In this document: piece after piece, positions 46,356-54,601 of the stretch
How positions within the stretch are numbered: the stretch's first letter is position 1
Layout: every line of letters starts with the position of its first letter
Virus record (IMG/VR): IMGVR_UViG_3300042934_000980
Location: 62,001-126,000 of that record
Reading direction: 5' to 3' (one strand)
DNA length: 64,000 nucleotides
Notes under the pieces: generated by a model
What the model saw: the letters and a program-made list of their open reading frames with translations, nothing else
Databases searched by the model: none
Told to the model about the DNA's origin: nothing
Translations under genes and position numbers: made by a program

Positions 46356-47258
46356 ATGGCAAATACCAACTACCCGCATCGGGATAACGATACGCTGCTG
46401 CCCCAGAGCGATCCGTTTGTCCAGGCGCTGGACCTCAGCAAACGCCCCGTCATCAACGCCGAGTCTGGCGGTATGTATGGCTGGGCGGGTAACGTCTTCG
46501 AGTACATCAGTGCTCAACCACACGTCTCGCAACAGAGCTGGTGCATCCTGCTGAGCTCGCCTGCGATGTTCTCCAAGCTGCCAGGTGGCGATCGTCTGCA
46601 CGCGCTGACCAAGGCGTTCTTCGAGAACCGCTCGCAGTCCTTCGAAGGTCTGCAGGACCGTACCGAACACGCCTTCGGGCGTCAGGAATGGACTGGTCAC
46701 GTCATGTCCATCCCAACCGGTGCTACCCGTACCCTGGGTTCGGTGACCCACACCGTGATCGACGTTGAAGGCGAGTCCTTCACCAAGCTGATCAAGATCT
46801 GGGGTCAGTGGGGCGTCATGGACCCTGAAATCCAGAACGCCAAGCTGGTGATCCTGGACGATCCGGGCGACATGCTGCTGGACGACGTCTCTGCGGCGGC
46901 TTGCTACTTTGAGCCTACCCGCAACATGCGCGATGTGGCTCACGCTGCGATCGTGGTCGGGATGATGCCCACCACCACCGTGCCGATCGAGCTCAAGCGC
47001 AACAAGGCAGAAGAGAACACCATCCGCACCATTCAGATGGAGTTCACCGGGGTTGTTGAAATGGACACCCTGGCGGTTAAGCAGATTGCTCGTCAACTGC
47101 TGGCCCTGCTCCCGCTGTACAACCCTGACGCAGTTGATGCGCCAGAAGGTTTCCGCAGCCGTACGTCGGTTCTGGAAGGTCTGCAGAACGCTGGTACCAT
47201 CGAGCGTATGACCAACCAGAAAGCGAAGGTGACTTCGGCCACCACGTACATGGGTTAA
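46356..47258 (+). CDS. Tail tube protein (phiKZ gp30-like)
   Basis: 300 aa, directly after the sheath gene; FEPT, GMMP and MEFTG motifs. Confidence 0.8.
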   Translation: MANTNYPHRDNDTLLPQSDPFVQALDLSKRPVINAESGGMYGWAGNVFEYISAQPHVSQQSWCILLSSPAMFSKLPGGDRLHALTKAFFENRSQSFEGLQDRTEHAFGRQEWTGHVMSIPTGATRTLGSVTHTVIDVEGESFTKLIKIWGQWGVMDPEIQNAKLVILDDPGDMLLDDVSAAACYFEPTRNMRDVAHAAIVVGMMPTTTVPIELKRNKAEENTIRTIQMEFTGVVEMDTLAVKQIARQLLALLPLYNPDAVDAPEGFRSRTSVLEGLQNAGTIERMTNQKAKVTSATTYMG

Positions 47259-47280
47259 GCTTCAAAAGACGGTCATGGAT

Positions 47281-47314
47281 AACCCTACCCACCCTTAACG
47301 GGGTGGGTAGGGTT
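47281..47314. terminator. Bidirectional terminator
   Basis: AACCCTACCCACCC-TTAAC-GGGGTGGGTAGGGTT. Confidence 0.75.
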
Positions 47315-47330
47315 TATTCACGCTTGACCA

Positions 47331-47765
47331 CTAACGCGGGTTCTTACGCCGATCCCCTGTGTAGAGCTTGCCGCCAATCGACATCAGGTTATCGTTGTTC
47401 TTAAGCACCACTTGCCGAAATATTTCAAAGTCATTGGCATGCGATGCTGTCTTGGCAACGTTGGGATCGTTGTTCAAGATGTAGCGGTGGATCTGGCCGT
47501 CCGTGTACCACGCAGGGAAGATGACTTGCCACCCATCAGACTTCTTGAAAATGATGGGCTCTTCAGCATCTTTATCCCGGGTGATACGGATACAACCAGC
47601 GTAAATCCCCAACGAGTACTTAAAAACCAACCCGTCAGGTGTCTTCATCACGTGATAGGTAAACTCACGCTTCTCCATCATCCGTTGTACTACGAGTAAC
47701 GCAAGCACTACGTAAACCACAACGAGTACGGAGTTCATGGTTAGTTCATAAGCCAAAGGGGACAT
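47331..47765 (-). CDS. Membrane-anchored hypothetical protein
   Basis: N-terminal TM segment VLVVVYVVLALLVV; SD AGGAGG. Confidence 0.65.
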   Translation of the reverse strand: MSPLAYELTMNSVLVVVYVVLALLVVQRMMEKREFTYHVMKTPDGLVFKYSLGIYAGCIRITRDKDAEEPIIFKKSDGWQVIFPAWYTDGQIHRYILNNDPNVAKTASHANDFEIFRQVVLKNNDNLMSIGGKLYTGDRRKNPR

Positions 47766-47924
47766 ATGGGCCTCCTAGGCGGACATGCCTAGCGTTAAGT
47801 GAGTGGGAACATCCTGTTAAGTTCTGGCACCTCCATCGTGGCAATACACGTAGCATGGTTGCAAATTTTAAACAAAAAAAAAAATAAAGAGTAAGGGAAG
47901 GACCGAGGGCCCAAGCCCTCGTCC

Positions 47925-48377
47925 TCAGTCGACTTCTGTCAAGTTCTTAAACAACTCGTAGTCGCCAAACTTACTCTTTACCGTTCCCTGGGTGCAGTCT
48001 TCGTAGACCAGTTCGGTAGTGGATTCGGTCAACAGGAAATACCCTGAGATCACCCCTGCCTTGTCCACGTACCCCACGGTGTAGAACTTCTCGCCTACGG
48101 TAAAGTAGACTTCCCGCCCCACACTGTTTTCAGGACCACTTTGGTGCAGGCTGGTACCCATGTTGTTGCCCAACTTGATAACCTGCTCACTGGGTGCTGA
48201 TAGGTCAGTCCCATAGCGCAAAGTAAACATGTCAGTCTTTGGGTTACGACTGACTTCAAGCTTTGAGCCATTGGCAAACCCACAGCTAAAAACCACATCG
48301 TTAACCTGCGGCGCTGCACGGACTAACTCCGCACCCATCGCCCAGATCACTATTACCCAGAACGCAATCCACTTCAT
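47925..48377 (-). CDS. Secreted/periplasmic protein
   Basis: Sec signal peptide MKWIAFWVIVIWAMGAELVRA-A; beta-rich mature domain with two Cys. Confidence 0.7.
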   Translation of the reverse strand: MKWIAFWVIVIWAMGAELVRAAPQVNDVVFSCGFANGSKLEVSRNPKTDMFTLRYGTDLSAPSEQVIKLGNNMGTSLHQSGPENSVGREVYFTVGEKFYTVGYVDKAGVISGYFLLTESTTELVYEDCTQGTVKSKFGDYELFKNLTEVD

Positions 48378-48706
48378 GCTGCTACCCCTACTTCATCAAT
48401 GGCCAGACCAAAGTTCAACACCTTCTTGTGACTAAAGAAGTTGCCGGTGAACTTTTTGATCGAGTTAAACGAACGTACCCGGGGCGTCAGGTAAACAGTA
48501 CCTGTGCGCCAGAAGCCATCGGGATCTTGACGGGGGAGTACAAACCCCACCGCTTTGCCATCCACCACAAACACATACAACTCGTGAATGTGACGGATCC
48601 AAGACGCGACATCGGCCATCCAACGATCCTTTTTGGATTCGTCTACTAGCCACTGGTCACTCTTGTTACCGCGGCGAATGTAGCCGACATCTGTCTTGTA
48701 TTCCAT
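48374..48706 (-). CDS. GNAT-fold-like small protein
   Basis: YVFVVDGKAVGF...WRTGTVYLTPRVR. Confidence 0.5.
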   Translation of the reverse strand: MEYKTDVGYIRRGNKSDQWLVDESKKDRWMADVASWIRHIHELYVFVVDGKAVGFVLPRQDPDGFWRTGTVYLTPRVRSFNSIKKFTGNFFSHKKVLNFGLAIDEVGVAA

Positions 48707-48728
48707 AAGTTACTCCTGTAATGGTTGA

Positions 48729-49139
48729 TTATGCTGCTTCTGTGCTTACCTCCGTATGAGGTTCGGCGTAAAACATCCACTCCACCGCCACACCGATATT
48801 GGCGTGAATATTGGCGGTATCGATGATTCGGTCCAAGTCCTGTAGGGTTAACGTCCCCATCGGAATAATGAACCGAAGAGACTGGGGTGCGTTGCAGATC
48901 ACCCCGCCTTGGCCTTCAAACAAACTGACCGTCCCCAACCGGGTTCCCACCAGTACTGTCTTACGACCGTACAGATCCTGAGCCTTCGCCACTTCCCCCG
49001 GGCACAGGTCGGTTTCAATAAAGCGGTGTACTTTGTCGCCACCCTGAATCCATTCAGGTTCAAATTCAAACTCCACATTGATCTGTTGCCAGAGCGTATT
49101 GAACGCACTGCAAACCACCTCATTCATCATGGTGCTCAC
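48729..49139 (-). CDS. Early hypothetical protein
   Basis: 136 aa; first gene after an early promoter. Confidence 0.6.
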   Translation of the reverse strand: MSTMMNEVVCSAFNTLWQQINVEFEFEPEWIQGGDKVHRFIETDLCPGEVAKAQDLYGRKTVLVGTRLGTVSLFEGQGGVICNAPQSLRFIIPMGTLTLQDLDRIIDTANIHANIGVAVEWMFYAEPHTEVSTEAA

Positions 49140-49190
49140 CGGGGCTGCTCCAAAGATTGATGCAAGCTTAATTGGTTGTTATACCCGACA

Positions 49191-49209
49191 GTGATATAGG
49201 TCTGAATTC
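49191..49209 (-). promoter_or_regulatory. Early promoter
   Basis: Minus strand GAATTCAGACCTATATCAC. Confidence 0.7.
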
Positions 49210-49299
49210 GAATGTAAGTTAAAAATAAAAGAACAAACATAACCCCTACCCCAGTGACCGCAGTCACCGGAGTAGGAGAATGAATGAGGGGTGAGGTGG

Positions 49300-49971
49300 T
49301 CAGGCTTCTTGCTGCATCTTGACTTCAGCAATCAATGCATCGGCGTACGCTTTGACGTGGAGCCAGACGTTGTCTTCTGGCAAGTCCGCCGGGATCAGCC
49401 TGTAGGCGTGCGGCTTAGCCCTGTAGGCGCCCAAGTAGACCTCACGCATACGTTCGGCCTTGGTGGTCTGCAAAACGTCCAGAGCGTCCTTCTGGCCCCG
49501 TTGCTCAAGGCGTGAGGCAAACAGGCTGGGGTGCCCGTCGAGCAGGAACGTGACATCTGGGTAGGCCGGACCGTGAACCAAACGGTGCAGCGTGTTCAAT
49601 ACGCTAAGGTCCACCCCACCCGAACCGCCTTGGTAGGCAAGTGTGGAATCCAAGAAGCGGTCAGTGATCACCATGTAACCGCGAGCCAGGTACGGTTGCA
49701 CGACCTTCTCCAAATGATCTGCTCGCGCAGCGTTCATTAGCAAGGCCAAGGTGGTCGACGAAAGGTTAAGCTCCTTGTTGTCCAGCCCAGGAAAATAGCC
49801 TTTAACCCCGTCGCGGATAAATTCTGCAAACGGAGTGCCGCCCGGCTCACGGGTACGGATCACTTTGATACCCGCTTCTTTCATGTATTCAAAAAGCCGG
49901 TCCACCACGGTGGTCTTTCCGGAGCCATCCAACCCTTCTACTGCAATAAACTTACCCTTTGGTACTGGCAT
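49300..49971 (-). CDS. tmk: Thymidylate kinase
   Basis: EGLDGSGKT, TREPGGT, DRFLDSTLAYQG. Confidence 0.95.
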   Translation of the reverse strand: MPVPKGKFIAVEGLDGSGKTTVVDRLFEYMKEAGIKVIRTREPGGTPFAEFIRDGVKGYFPGLDNKELNLSSTTLALLMNAARADHLEKVVQPYLARGYMVITDRFLDSTLAYQGGSGGVDLSVLNTLHRLVHGPAYPDVTFLLDGHPSLFASRLEQRGQKDALDVLQTTKAERMREVYLGAYRAKPHAYRLIPADLPEDNVWLHVKAYADALIAEVKMQQEA

Positions 49972-50058
49972 TCCCACATCCTTAAAAATATAAAAATCGT
50001 AATAAATCCCTCCCCTCCAAAAGAGGGGAGGGATCGAGCTTACTGCTTGCGAACCGAC

Positions 50059-50202
50059 TTACTTAGTCGGTTTGGCAACCCCGATGGTGCCGCTGCTACC
50101 AGGACCTGCCGGAAGGCTGGTTGGACGCTGCGACGGCATCGTTTCTTGTTGACGACCCAGGCCTTTGAGCAAATCAGGGTTAACCTTGGTTTCTTGAGTC
50201 AT
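50059..50202 (-). CDS. 47-aa micropeptide, paralog of 50262-50444 (not in the ORF track)
   Basis: MTQETKVNPDLLKGLGRQQETMPSQRPTSLPAGPGSSGTIGVAKPTK; SD AAGAAGG; terminator at ~50006-50034. Confidence 0.7.
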   Translation of the reverse strand: MTQETKVNPDLLKGLGRQQETMPSQRPTSLPAGPGSSGTIGVAKPTK

Positions 50203-50261
50203 AGCAATGCCTTCTTTCAGTTTAAGGAGTGGGGTGTTCCTTAAAATGGCTAGAGGATCCG

Positions 50262-50444
50262 TTACTTCTTTGGCGGCTGAAGAGGCATGCCAAAGTCAAA
50301 GTGCTTGGGAGGTCCATTGGACTTAATGATCCCCGTGGTTCCCTGACTGTGAGGGTCGTACGGGTTTCGTTCAGGCGGGACTGTGGAGTGCAACTTACCC
50401 AAGCCTTTGAGCAGTTCAGGATCGATGGTGGTTTCGTTTGACAT
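50262..50444 (-). CDS. 60-aa micropeptide
   Basis: MSNETTIDPELLKGLG...; SD AGGT; homologous to the downstream peptide. Confidence 0.7.
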   Translation of the reverse strand: MSNETTIDPELLKGLGKLHSTVPPERNPYDPHSQGTTGIIKSNGPPKHFDFGMPLQPPKK

Positions 50445-50477
50445 ACCGTTTACCTGCGCAGAGTATCCTTAGGATGC

Positions 50478-51332
50478 TCAGGCCGTTTTGTGGTACGTTT
50501 CCAGCAGGTGAGTTTGCACGTCTGCCAGACGCTCTACGATAAAGCGGGTCCAGGGTTCGAAGTCGCCGTCTTCGGTGTGCTGCTTGACAAAGGCGTCAAT
50601 CCCGCCGGCTTCTTCGATGTCCGCCAGACCGAACCACCCCAGGGCGTCGTTCATTTCTTCGGCCATGTCGAAGGTTTCGGTGTCAGTCGGAATTTCCAAC
50701 GCGTAGACCACACCAAAGTGCGAGCTGCCCACGTAGTTCGGTTGCTCTTCAGGAACGCCGTCCCAGACAAAACCCAGACGCTGCAGACCTTGAGCAACGT
50801 TCACCCCGGCCACCGCTTCAGAGATGTTGACCGCTGACATCTTGGCGGAGAACAGGTGCACTTCTTCGGACCATTCACGCAGCATGGACTCGTCTAGCGT
50901 TTCCATCAGGTCCATAGCGCCGGTGTCGAGCAGTTCGCTGTCAGGCGTGCGCGGCTCATCGGCGCACAGCAAGTGGGGCTGGAAGTCTAGGTACTCCACA
51001 TGACCGCCAGCGCCCATGCTCAGCATGCCCGACATACGGCCTTCACCGTTCTTCTTGTTGCGGCGGTACAGGAAGAAGCGCACGTACGCGCCTTCCGGAC
51101 CGTGGAAGACCTGGTAGCCCAACGTGTAGGCAATGGCTTGACGCAGCAGGCACAGCTTGCCGATCAAGGAGCGACGCGCACCCATGACGTATTCTTCCAG
51201 ACCCTTGAGCACTTCTACCGTCTGGGTATTGCCCAGCAACGAGAACCCGGCGCTTGGGACCAGGTCAGTCAGGCCTTGGTGGTGAATACCGAAGGTGAAT
51301 TCAGAGTGCTTAACTTTTTGTTTCAGGATCAT
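50478..51332 (-). CDS. Nudix-family hydrolase (COG4112-like)
   Basis: SMGAGGHVE...LREWSEEV, HFGVVY, FEPWT. Confidence 0.75.
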   Translation of the reverse strand: MILKQKVKHSEFTFGIHHQGLTDLVPSAGFSLLGNTQTVEVLKGLEEYVMGARRSLIGKLCLLRQAIAYTLGYQVFHGPEGAYVRFFLYRRNKKNGEGRMSGMLSMGAGGHVEYLDFQPHLLCADEPRTPDSELLDTGAMDLMETLDESMLREWSEEVHLFSAKMSAVNISEAVAGVNVAQGLQRLGFVWDGVPEEQPNYVGSSHFGVVYALEIPTDTETFDMAEEMNDALGWFGLADIEEAGGIDAFVKQHTEDGDFEPWTRFIVERLADVQTHLLETYHKTA

Positions 51333-51673
51333 TGAACTGCTTCCGTGGTAGAGAGATGTTGTACGCGTTGCGCAATGCCGTCGGCAATCTTGAGCATGGC
51401 GATGTTGGCGTCTTGTTGATTGAAAACCGACGGGTCAGCAAGGTTTACAACCATGCCTTTGTCCGAGTCGGAGTCGATGATCGTGGCCAGCACACGACCG
51501 TTGTGTTCGATGTAGAAATTGTGGTCCCGTCGCCCATGGCGGAAGGACATGGTCAATTCTTCACCCTGGCTGGCCTGGGTGTGGATCTTGAAGTCGAAGT
51601 TGAAAGGGGAACTAGGGCGAGCACTTTTCTTACCAACACCTACTTCGGCAAACGGCAAGGCTACAGGTTCCAT
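51329..51673 (-). CDS. Hypothetical protein
   Basis: 114 aa, SD AAGGAG. Confidence 0.6.
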   Translation of the reverse strand: MEPVALPFAEVGVGKKSARPSSPFNFDFKIHTQASQGEELTMSFRHGRRDHNFYIEHNGRVLATIIDSDSDKGMVVNLADPSVFNQQDANIAMLKIADGIAQRVQHLSTTEAVQ

Positions 51674-51683
51674 ACAGCACTCC

Positions 51684-51968
51684 TTACGACAACTGAGCGA
51701 TTACTTTCTTAAGCACAGACTTTACCCCGTGCTCGGTGATCTCACGGTATTCGATGACGTTGATCTCACCGTCTTTGACTTCGGCGTAACGTCGCAAGCC
51801 ATAGGTGGTGCGCTCGATGTAGCTGCGGATCACGACGGTGTTGTCATCACCGACTGAGACCACATAACGACCGACAAAGTGTGGAATGTTGGGGCGGTCG
51901 AAAAAGTGCAAAGCACCCAACTGGTCGGTCAAGTCCTTTACGGTTACAGCTTGTTCTACAAGTTCCAC
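51684..51968 (-). CDS. Hypothetical protein
   Basis: 94 aa, GTG start with SD GAGGA. Confidence 0.55.
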   Translation of the reverse strand: MELVEQAVTVKDLTDQLGALHFFDRPNIPHFVGRYVVSVGDDNTVVIRSYIERTTYGLRRYAEVKDGEINVIEYREITEHGVKSVLKKVIAQLS

Positions 51969-51971
51969 AGT

Positions 51972-53231
51972 TTATTCCTCTACTGCTGGGCCGGGTTTAC
52001 GCTGCCAAGTTGCGTAAACATGTGCATCTTTCCAAGAGACGTCTGTTTGGTAACGTATATGGATGACGTATCCCAGCGATAAATGACCGGTACTGGTCCA
52101 GATATTGGAGGGTACTTCTTCATCCAAGTGCGCTGCAGTACGGTACGGCTCTTTCTCCAAGATCGAAATGAGCTGCAGGCGCAAACCATGAAAGGTGGCC
52201 CGAAGAGAGATGCGTTGGTCGTTACGCTTTTTCCAAGTCATCCAAGGAAAGCCACCATTTTCAAAGGGGCTAGGTTCATCCGGCTTAGGGATGTAGTGAC
52301 CGTCCTTCATTTGAGGAATGAACGAACTATCGATGATATCTTCTTCGTTGGTGCGCATAACGTGGGCATTACGCACCATCACCTCGTTACCCAGTTCGGT
52401 CAATACCTTGATCAACAGCTCGGGTCCAAATACTTCTGGATCAAAGTAAGTTTGATTGGTAGAATTTAGATTGAGTGTGGCCAACAGGGGTCCAAACGAC
52501 CATTCCTTACCGGCAAGTAAGCCTGGGATCAAATTGATCTTTTGATGCACATGGATGCACTTTGTACCTACGTCAAGCCTGACGTCAAACTGTGAAAGGA
52601 TGTGACGTTCCCGAGCCTCTTGAAAGAGAGGGAGACTTTCCAAAACTTTCATTGCCTCGTCGACGGCGTAGGTGACTTCTGGATTAAGAAGTCTTGGCTT
52701 CAGTAGCCCCGGTATGATAGGATACATCTGATCCAGTTCTTCACAGCTTAGTTTGTGTAAGTCGGGATTGTAAACACCGTTAGGACAGAAAGAAGGATTG
52801 GAGCCAGCCGTCTCATGAATCATTGCCTGCATGTCCTCTTCGGTGAGAACAGGACCCTCACTTGCTGACAGGTCTGATGCCAGCTCAGTAAGTTTTGTAG
52901 CAAACTGACCGCTAGCCTCCTTAATCCTTTCAAGACCGCTGCTAATATTGTCCAGACGCTCCAGCAATCGTTGAACCGGAAACTCTTGGAGCATAAACCC
53001 AACCAGGGCAATGATGATGTCGTTTTCCACCACCCAACCTTGGTGCCAGGAATGACTGTTGCCCTCAAGCTTAAAGGTGTACAACAACGTTCCGTCCTCA
53101 CTGACCGACAGCTGATCAGTGAGGCAGCACGTTTCAATGGTGTATTGCCGGAACACCACCTTACGATCCTCGCCATTAAACAAACCCAACATGACCAACT
53201 GCTGAATAAGCTTGCCCAGTAGACTTTCCAT
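51972..53231 (-). CDS. Hypothetical protein
   Basis: 419 aa, more AT-rich codons than the core genes; SD AGGGG. Confidence 0.65.
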   Translation of the reverse strand: MESLLGKLIQQLVMLGLFNGEDRKVVFRQYTIETCCLTDQLSVSEDGTLLYTFKLEGNSHSWHQGWVVENDIIIALVGFMLQEFPVQRLLERLDNISSGLERIKEASGQFATKLTELASDLSASEGPVLTEEDMQAMIHETAGSNPSFCPNGVYNPDLHKLSCEELDQMYPIIPGLLKPRLLNPEVTYAVDEAMKVLESLPLFQEARERHILSQFDVRLDVGTKCIHVHQKINLIPGLLAGKEWSFGPLLATLNLNSTNQTYFDPEVFGPELLIKVLTELGNEVMVRNAHVMRTNEEDIIDSSFIPQMKDGHYIPKPDEPSPFENGGFPWMTWKKRNDQRISLRATFHGLRLQLISILEKEPYRTAAHLDEEVPSNIWTSTGHLSLGYVIHIRYQTDVSWKDAHVYATWQRKPGPAVEE

Positions 53232-53303
53232 TTTAATCCCCTACAAAAATAAAAATGCGGCTATAAGGAATGACCAAGGATTGCTCCCTGGTCATTACTT
53301 TGC

Positions 53304-53663
53304 TTAGTGCTTTGTCTCGCCAGCACGCTTTTCTTCGAGTTCTAAACGCTTCTCGATGTGGTCAGCAAGTGCTTGCAACATGGGTTTGATCTTTTTTGCA
53401 ATAGCGTCCGGATCATTACCGCCGAACGCATGGCCTTGAGATGTTGCCATATAGATGACCTCATGCGCCCCACCACTGGAAGGGACGGCCAACGTAATGT
53501 ACGGGGACTTACGCCAGTACTCAGCCACAAAAGGGGTAGGGTCGCTGGCAGTTCCCTGCTTAAACTCCACCGCCGATTTGTCCGCCATATTGAACCGAAG
53601 AGTGCCTTTAACAATGATCTCGGTAAGGGCCGAGATTTGATGTTTATCGGACTGAAGCATCAC
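53304..53663 (-). CDS. Hypothetical protein
   Basis: 119 aa, SD AAGGAG; terminator hairpin downstream. Confidence 0.6.
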   Translation of the reverse strand: MMLQSDKHQISALTEIIVKGTLRFNMADKSAVEFKQGTASDPTPFVAEYWRKSPYITLAVPSSGGAHEVIYMATSQGHAFGGNDPDAIAKKIKPMLQALADHIEKRLELEEKRAGETKH

Positions 53664-53671
53664 GTTCTCCT

Positions 53672-54112
53672 TTAGCCGAACAGTTTTTCTGCCAGGTCTT
53701 GGCTGGACTTGCGCTGGGTTTCCAGCCAGTCAGCCGCTTCGGTGCTGTGCACGTAGTCGATCACAGTGGTCGACTGACCGTACAGATATTCTTCGCCCAC
53801 CTGCTGCTTGAGGTGATGCTGGGAGTTGATGGAGAACGCACCCATGTTCAGGGTACCGTCGATGGTGGTCAGCTTGTCGTTGTTGGCGAACTGCTCACGG
53901 GCCACTTGGGCAGTTGCCTGCTCAGTCAGCGTACCCAGGTCGTTGAAGAACTCGACGTGGGTTTTGATGCTGTCGGTGGTCACGCCTTCAGGCATGTCCA
54001 GCTTGCTGGCATCGAAGGTGGCGTGGTTGGTGGCCTTGTCGTAGGAGCTGTTCTTAACCAGTTCCTGCAAACCCTTGTCCATGTACTCGCCGTAGTTTTT
54101 GTTAACAGCCAT
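53672..54112 (-). CDS. Abundant early protein, probably phiKZ gp171 (Nlp2)-like
   Basis: 146 aa from MAVNKN (SD GAGG); MPEGVTTDSI motif; high-expression codon bias; own early promoter; synteny with the gp174-178-like genes. Confidence 0.55.
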   Translation of the reverse strand: MAVNKNYGEYMDKGLQELVKNSSYDKATNHATFDASKLDMPEGVTTDSIKTHVEFFNDLGTLTEQATAQVAREQFANNDKLTTIDGTLNMGAFSINSQHHLKQQVGEEYLYGQSTTVIDYVHSTEAADWLETQRKSSQDLAEKLFG

Positions 54113-54238
54113 TTCGCAAACCTCATTGTGTGGAAAAATGTAAGGGAACAAACAAAGAGAGAGTAGATCACTCCCGTCCAAGGAAAAAGCGGAACAGTAT
54201 GGCACTGCCGCCCAGGTGGTGAACCTGTGCTCAACTAA

Positions 54239-54257
54239 GTAATATAGGCTTGAAATA
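54239..54257 (-). promoter_or_regulatory. Early promoter
   Basis: Minus strand TATTTCAAGCCTATATTAC. Confidence 0.75.
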
Positions 54258-54288
54258 TTCTTAGCCCAGACGGGAGCTTTGCTACCGG

Positions 54289-54591
54289 TTAACGATCAAC
54301 CGGCTTTTTATTGGCCCGGGCGTTGGCAATGAAATCGGTGATCTCTTTGCCTATGGCGTCCGTCTTGCTCACCGCTTCTTCAGCCGAGGCATGACCTTCG
54401 TAGGTCACCTTGAATTCCAGACCCAAAGCCTTTTGTTCAGCCGCAATGGCATCAAGTTCTTGGACACACAGCTGGGTGATCTCGTAACTGGCAGGAACCG
54501 TGACGTGAACATCACCGTACTCCTTGACCACCACCTTGATGGTCGCCAGCGGATCCACGTCGTCGTCATCCAGTTTAAATTCGTAAGCCAC
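54289..54591 (-). CDS. Hypothetical acidic protein
   Basis: 100 aa, GTG start with SD AAGGAG. Confidence 0.6.
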   Translation of the reverse strand: MAYEFKLDDDDVDPLATIKVVVKEYGDVHVTVPASYEITQLCVQELDAIAAEQKALGLEFKVTYEGHASAEEAVSKTDAIGKEITDFIANARANKKPVDR

Positions 54592-54601
54592 AGGCTACTC
54601 C

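Noticed and set aside
51972-53231. AT-richer gene as a mobile element or defence island
   Set aside because: No transposase or nuclease motif and no flanking repeats; only a mild compositional shift
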